Assembly (NCBI RefSeq): GCF_902459465.1
Contig: NC_047062.1
Span: forward strand, 17,608,001-17,672,000
Origin: Asterias rubens
Taxonomy: Eukaryota
DNA length: 64,000 bases
Direction: 5' to 3'
This document shows positions 60,651 to 64,000 of this stretch, piece by piece. The position numbers and the translations under genes were made by a program. Position 1 is the first letter of the stretch, and the number at the start of each line of letters is the position of its first letter. Below the pieces are notes generated by a model, which saw only the letters and a program-made list of their open reading frames with translations, was not told the origin of the DNA and did no database searches.

Positions 60651-61045
60651 TTAAAGGAACACGTTGCCTTGGATCGGTCGAGTTGGTCTTTGAAAAGCGT
60701 TCTGTAACCGTTTGTTATGAAATGCATATGGTTAGAAAGATGTTTTAAAAGTAGAATACAATGATCTATACACAAATATGCCTCGAAATTGCGTGGTTTT
60801 CTTGTTACCCTGTCGACTAACACGGTCGGCCATTTTTGGGAGTCAAAATTGTGACTCCCATAAATGGCCGACCGTGTTAGTTCGCGACGTAAAAGGAAAA
60901 CCGTGCAATTTCGAGTGATACTTGTGTTGGTCATTATACATTCTACTTTTAAAACATCTTTCTAACCATATGCATTTCATAACAAATGGTTTCAAACGCT
61001 TTTAATAGACCAACTCGTCCGATCCAAGGCAACGTGTTCCTTTAA
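60651..61045. mobile_element. TTAA-flanked MITE family B with ~37-bp TIRs
   Basis: TTAAAGGAACACGTTGCCTTGGATCGGTCGAGTTGGTCT ... AGACCAACTCGTCCGATCCAAGGCAACGTGTTCCTTTAA; central hairpin CATTTTTGGGAGTCA..TGACTCCCATAAATG. Confidence 0.88.
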
Positions 61046-61381
61046 CTTACTACGTTTGGCTAAAACACGGTTTGTATCCCATGTTGTTTTATGGCATAAC
61101 CAAAAAAAACTTGTCTCTGTGTGTGCTTATCAAAAAGCTGCACTTCGTGTCGTTCAATGAACTTTGCTGTTGGGACAGGGACACGATGGGACACGCAAAA
61201 CCAGCAAGATACACAGCCTTGACAGAAATTTATCTCAATTTGAAATGATTCAAATTGATAAGGACACGTTTTAGCCGGCACACAGTGGTTGAACCCAAAC
61301 CTGATCTTGTTTGATATGTGCTTCGCTGCAACTACCCGTGGATGTTGTCATGGTGTTTAACAAATTCTGACTTGCCTGAAA

Positions 61382-61737
61382 AAAAGACACTGGACACTAA
61401 TTGGTACTACTCAAAACAATTGTTAGAATAAGAACATACTTGGTAATGAGCAACGGAGAGCTGTTGATAGTATAAAACATTGTGAGAAACGGCTCCCTCG
61501 TAATGTAGTTTTTGAGATAATTGCTCACTCAAATATTTGAATCTGATAAAATACTTCAGGCCTGAAGACCTTAGGCATCTGAAAGACCACAAATTTGTGC
61601 AACAATGATGTTTTTCTGTCATTATTCTCTTGCAACTTCAATGACCAATTTGATTCCGAATTTTCACTGATTTGTTGTGTTATGCTTGTGATACACCCTG
61701 GTCTTTGACAATTACCAAAGGTATCCAGTGCCTTTAA
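61382..61737. mobile_element. TTAA-flanked MITE family A
   Basis: AAAGACACTGGACACT..TTGGTA ... TTACCAAAGGTATCCAGTGCCTTTAA. Confidence 0.8.
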
Positions 61738-64000
61738 CACTTAATCTCAGTATTATAGGTGTTTGTGAGTTGTCTTTCCAGGATAATATTTTTGTCTTTA
61801 GTGTAGAACCTCCATGGTTTATGTAATCCTTGGAAGAAGCGCTGTCAAATGCTTGTTTAATAACAAAACTACATAATACTAATTTTCTGCGTCCTTGTGC
61901 CTAAAATCTGATGGTGTCATAGTGCACTTTGTCCCCGGGTGTGTGTGGGTGTGTGACCCCGGTAGATGAACACGTGCTGAAGGAAGTTTATTCAAAAAAA
62001 GGCGCTATCAGACGAAACGCCTGCACGCTTCGTCATACGGAATCTCCCGCCACACCTGAACTAAAAACAACTCATGAATGGAGTATCACGAGGGATAAAT
62101 TGGAAAAAACCTTCACTAATCATCATGAGCAGCCGCAACTATATCCTTGGAAAAATTGTCCTTTCATTTGGTTGAAATGGTTGAATGACATCAATGTTGT
62201 TGTTGTTGTTGTTTTTTTTTTTTTTTGGGGGGGGGGCTGATTGACAAAATTTTAATTAGCTATTCGTTATAGACTCAAGAAAGATTTAATGTTAAGATGT
62301 TACACGAACAAATCGCAAATTAACGTGGTTAATTAAAAAACGACCTAAAAATGAGTTATTGGTGGGATCCAAATTATATCTCATCCATCATCCATGTAGG
62401 CCAAACTACTTTAAAAACGGACAAATTTGCATGGCTCGTGCATTGTCCGTGTTCGTATAGTTTAAAAAGCATCACCTGTCACAATTCGCCAAAAAGAGAA
62501 GAACAAAACTTATTTCGTCGAAAATCGGGCCATATCTGGGTTTGCAGACGGTATGCAGTCCTTTTGGCCAAACATCTCCCCCAATGGTGATACCCTGGGA
62601 AAGAAAGATGTTCAAAAGAGTTGGCATATATGCCTAGTTTCTTCGTATACTATAAAAGTGACTATACAAGCCTACTGAAACAATTCACAATGCTGATTCG
62701 TGATGAGATCCAGGATTGTCTATCTGTTTAGCCAGGCTGAACCTTGAACAGCTGATATCATAATATTACAGCTGTAAAGTGCTTATCAAGTTCACAGAGA
62801 CCAGCGGCGACATTGGAGTTGATCATGGGTTGTGGTCGTGCACATTGTATGGTGCTGTCAGGGACAGTAGCATAAATAGGACTCAGTCCTCGCGTGAACA
62901 TGATATGCTCATGAAGACTATACAAGCCATTGGACAAGTTGTCACTGATAAAATAATAAATTGCATTTATAATCATGAAAACTAGATCAACAGTTTATAC
63001 AATGAATAAATAAACAGGCGCAGCATACACTTTGGAGATGAAACATAATATTCTTTCTCCATGATTATAAGTGACCGTGGAACAAAAATTCAGACTTTTA
63101 ACGTAACAAAAACTTTACAAAAATAGTTTCGCATCCAAAGCATTCATACGCCAATATATTTTCTTTTAGGAAAAGTAATCAACTCATTTCAATAAATGTT
63201 TGGAATGTGATAGTTTAAGTAGGCCTGTTTGCACGAGCACATCAAGTTACGTTTTTGGGTAGGGCGTGATAGGATGATGGATTAACAGGTTCACTCTATA
63301 GTAGTAGGCCTACACACAGGTCTGATCCTAATAGTGGTTGTCTTGTAAAGCTGCCATTTTTTAATTTAGAATTCTTTTGCAGTTGCAGGTCTATTTTCAT
63401 ACATGCTGGCACCATCTTCCTCAAGTCCCGAGTAGGCTATGCAATATTTGGATTCATGTACCAATGGTCCAAAATGCAACTGACAAAGTTGCTCTCCCAA
63501 TCTCTAATTGGTTACAAAGATTTAAAAAGGAGACATTTTACAGATGGACGCCCCCTTGGAGATCGCCTATTTATGCATTTTCTGGATCATCCAAGTAGGC
63601 CTTCCGCCTTTACTGCCGGGTTTCCGGTTTGTTGAGTTGCTGGTACATGTTTAGTTGCTTCTTCCGATGGCTGATCGAAACAGACTGGTAGTACGGGTGG
63701 GTAATTGTACATTTATTTTTATAACTTATACTTAGTAGATTTAGACAAAACTTGAACTTGCCATCAACTCGTAATGACCACCAGACTTGAATGAACACAA
63801 AGTACAACAACTAAATGATAATAATAAATGCATCGTTTAACAAATCTCAGATAGGTCTACCTAATTTATTCCTCCATGGGTCTACATATATGCATTAGCA
63901 CCGGAAGTATTAAAATGAGGAATTCCATTTCTAGGCATCTTCGGTTGTGTGTGGGTTTGTAAATTTACACATTTTGTTTTCCTAAAAAATAAAAACACGC

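Noticed and set aside
8961-61400. Functional tRNA genes at the tRNA-like segments (about 8961, 12900, 27690, 47470, 52611, 57940, 59960)
   Set aside because: They have A/B-box-like motifs but no complete cloverleaf that I can fold, and most continue into shared SINE-body sequence.
62350-63810. Short ORFs at the right end as coding exons
   Set aside because: No recognisable motifs and no consistent splice model within the window.
163-63810. Most remaining 60-140 aa ORFs in the six-frame track
   Set aside because: They are antisense or alternate-frame shadows of real exons, or chance ORFs within repeats and introns.

Overview
AT-rich, intron-containing animal genomic DNA. An invertebrate deuterostome such as an echinoderm is my inference from gene content and repeat style, not a demonstrated fact. 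Five ordinary host genes can be assembled exon by exon with consistent phases: KLHDC2-like (+, 7.2-14.2 kb), CCS (-, 16.9-24.7 kb), DMAC2-like (+, 25.5-28.0 kb), AHSA1 (-, 31.0-40.9 kb) and a heparanase-like GH79 gene (+, 50.9-58.7 kb). The standout is an apparently intact 7-exon, ~974-aa RAG1/Transib-related (Chapaev-type) transposase gene at 42698-46490, between AHSA1 and the heparanase. It has a Chapa-type zinc finger, a C3HC4 RING plus a second zinc finger, a putative D-D-E triad and RAG1-like CxxC/HxxxxH zinc ligands. I found no RAG2-like partner and no convincing TIR+TSD pair, so it could be a domesticated copy or an element whose ends I cannot resolve. Introns and intergenic DNA carry many non-autonomous elements (TTAA-flanked MITEs, ATAGACC MITEs, a foldback element, a dead Tc1, an L2 3' end, tRNA-like SINEs). 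There are also two tandem duplications of exon/splice-donor junctions and one GC-AG intron.
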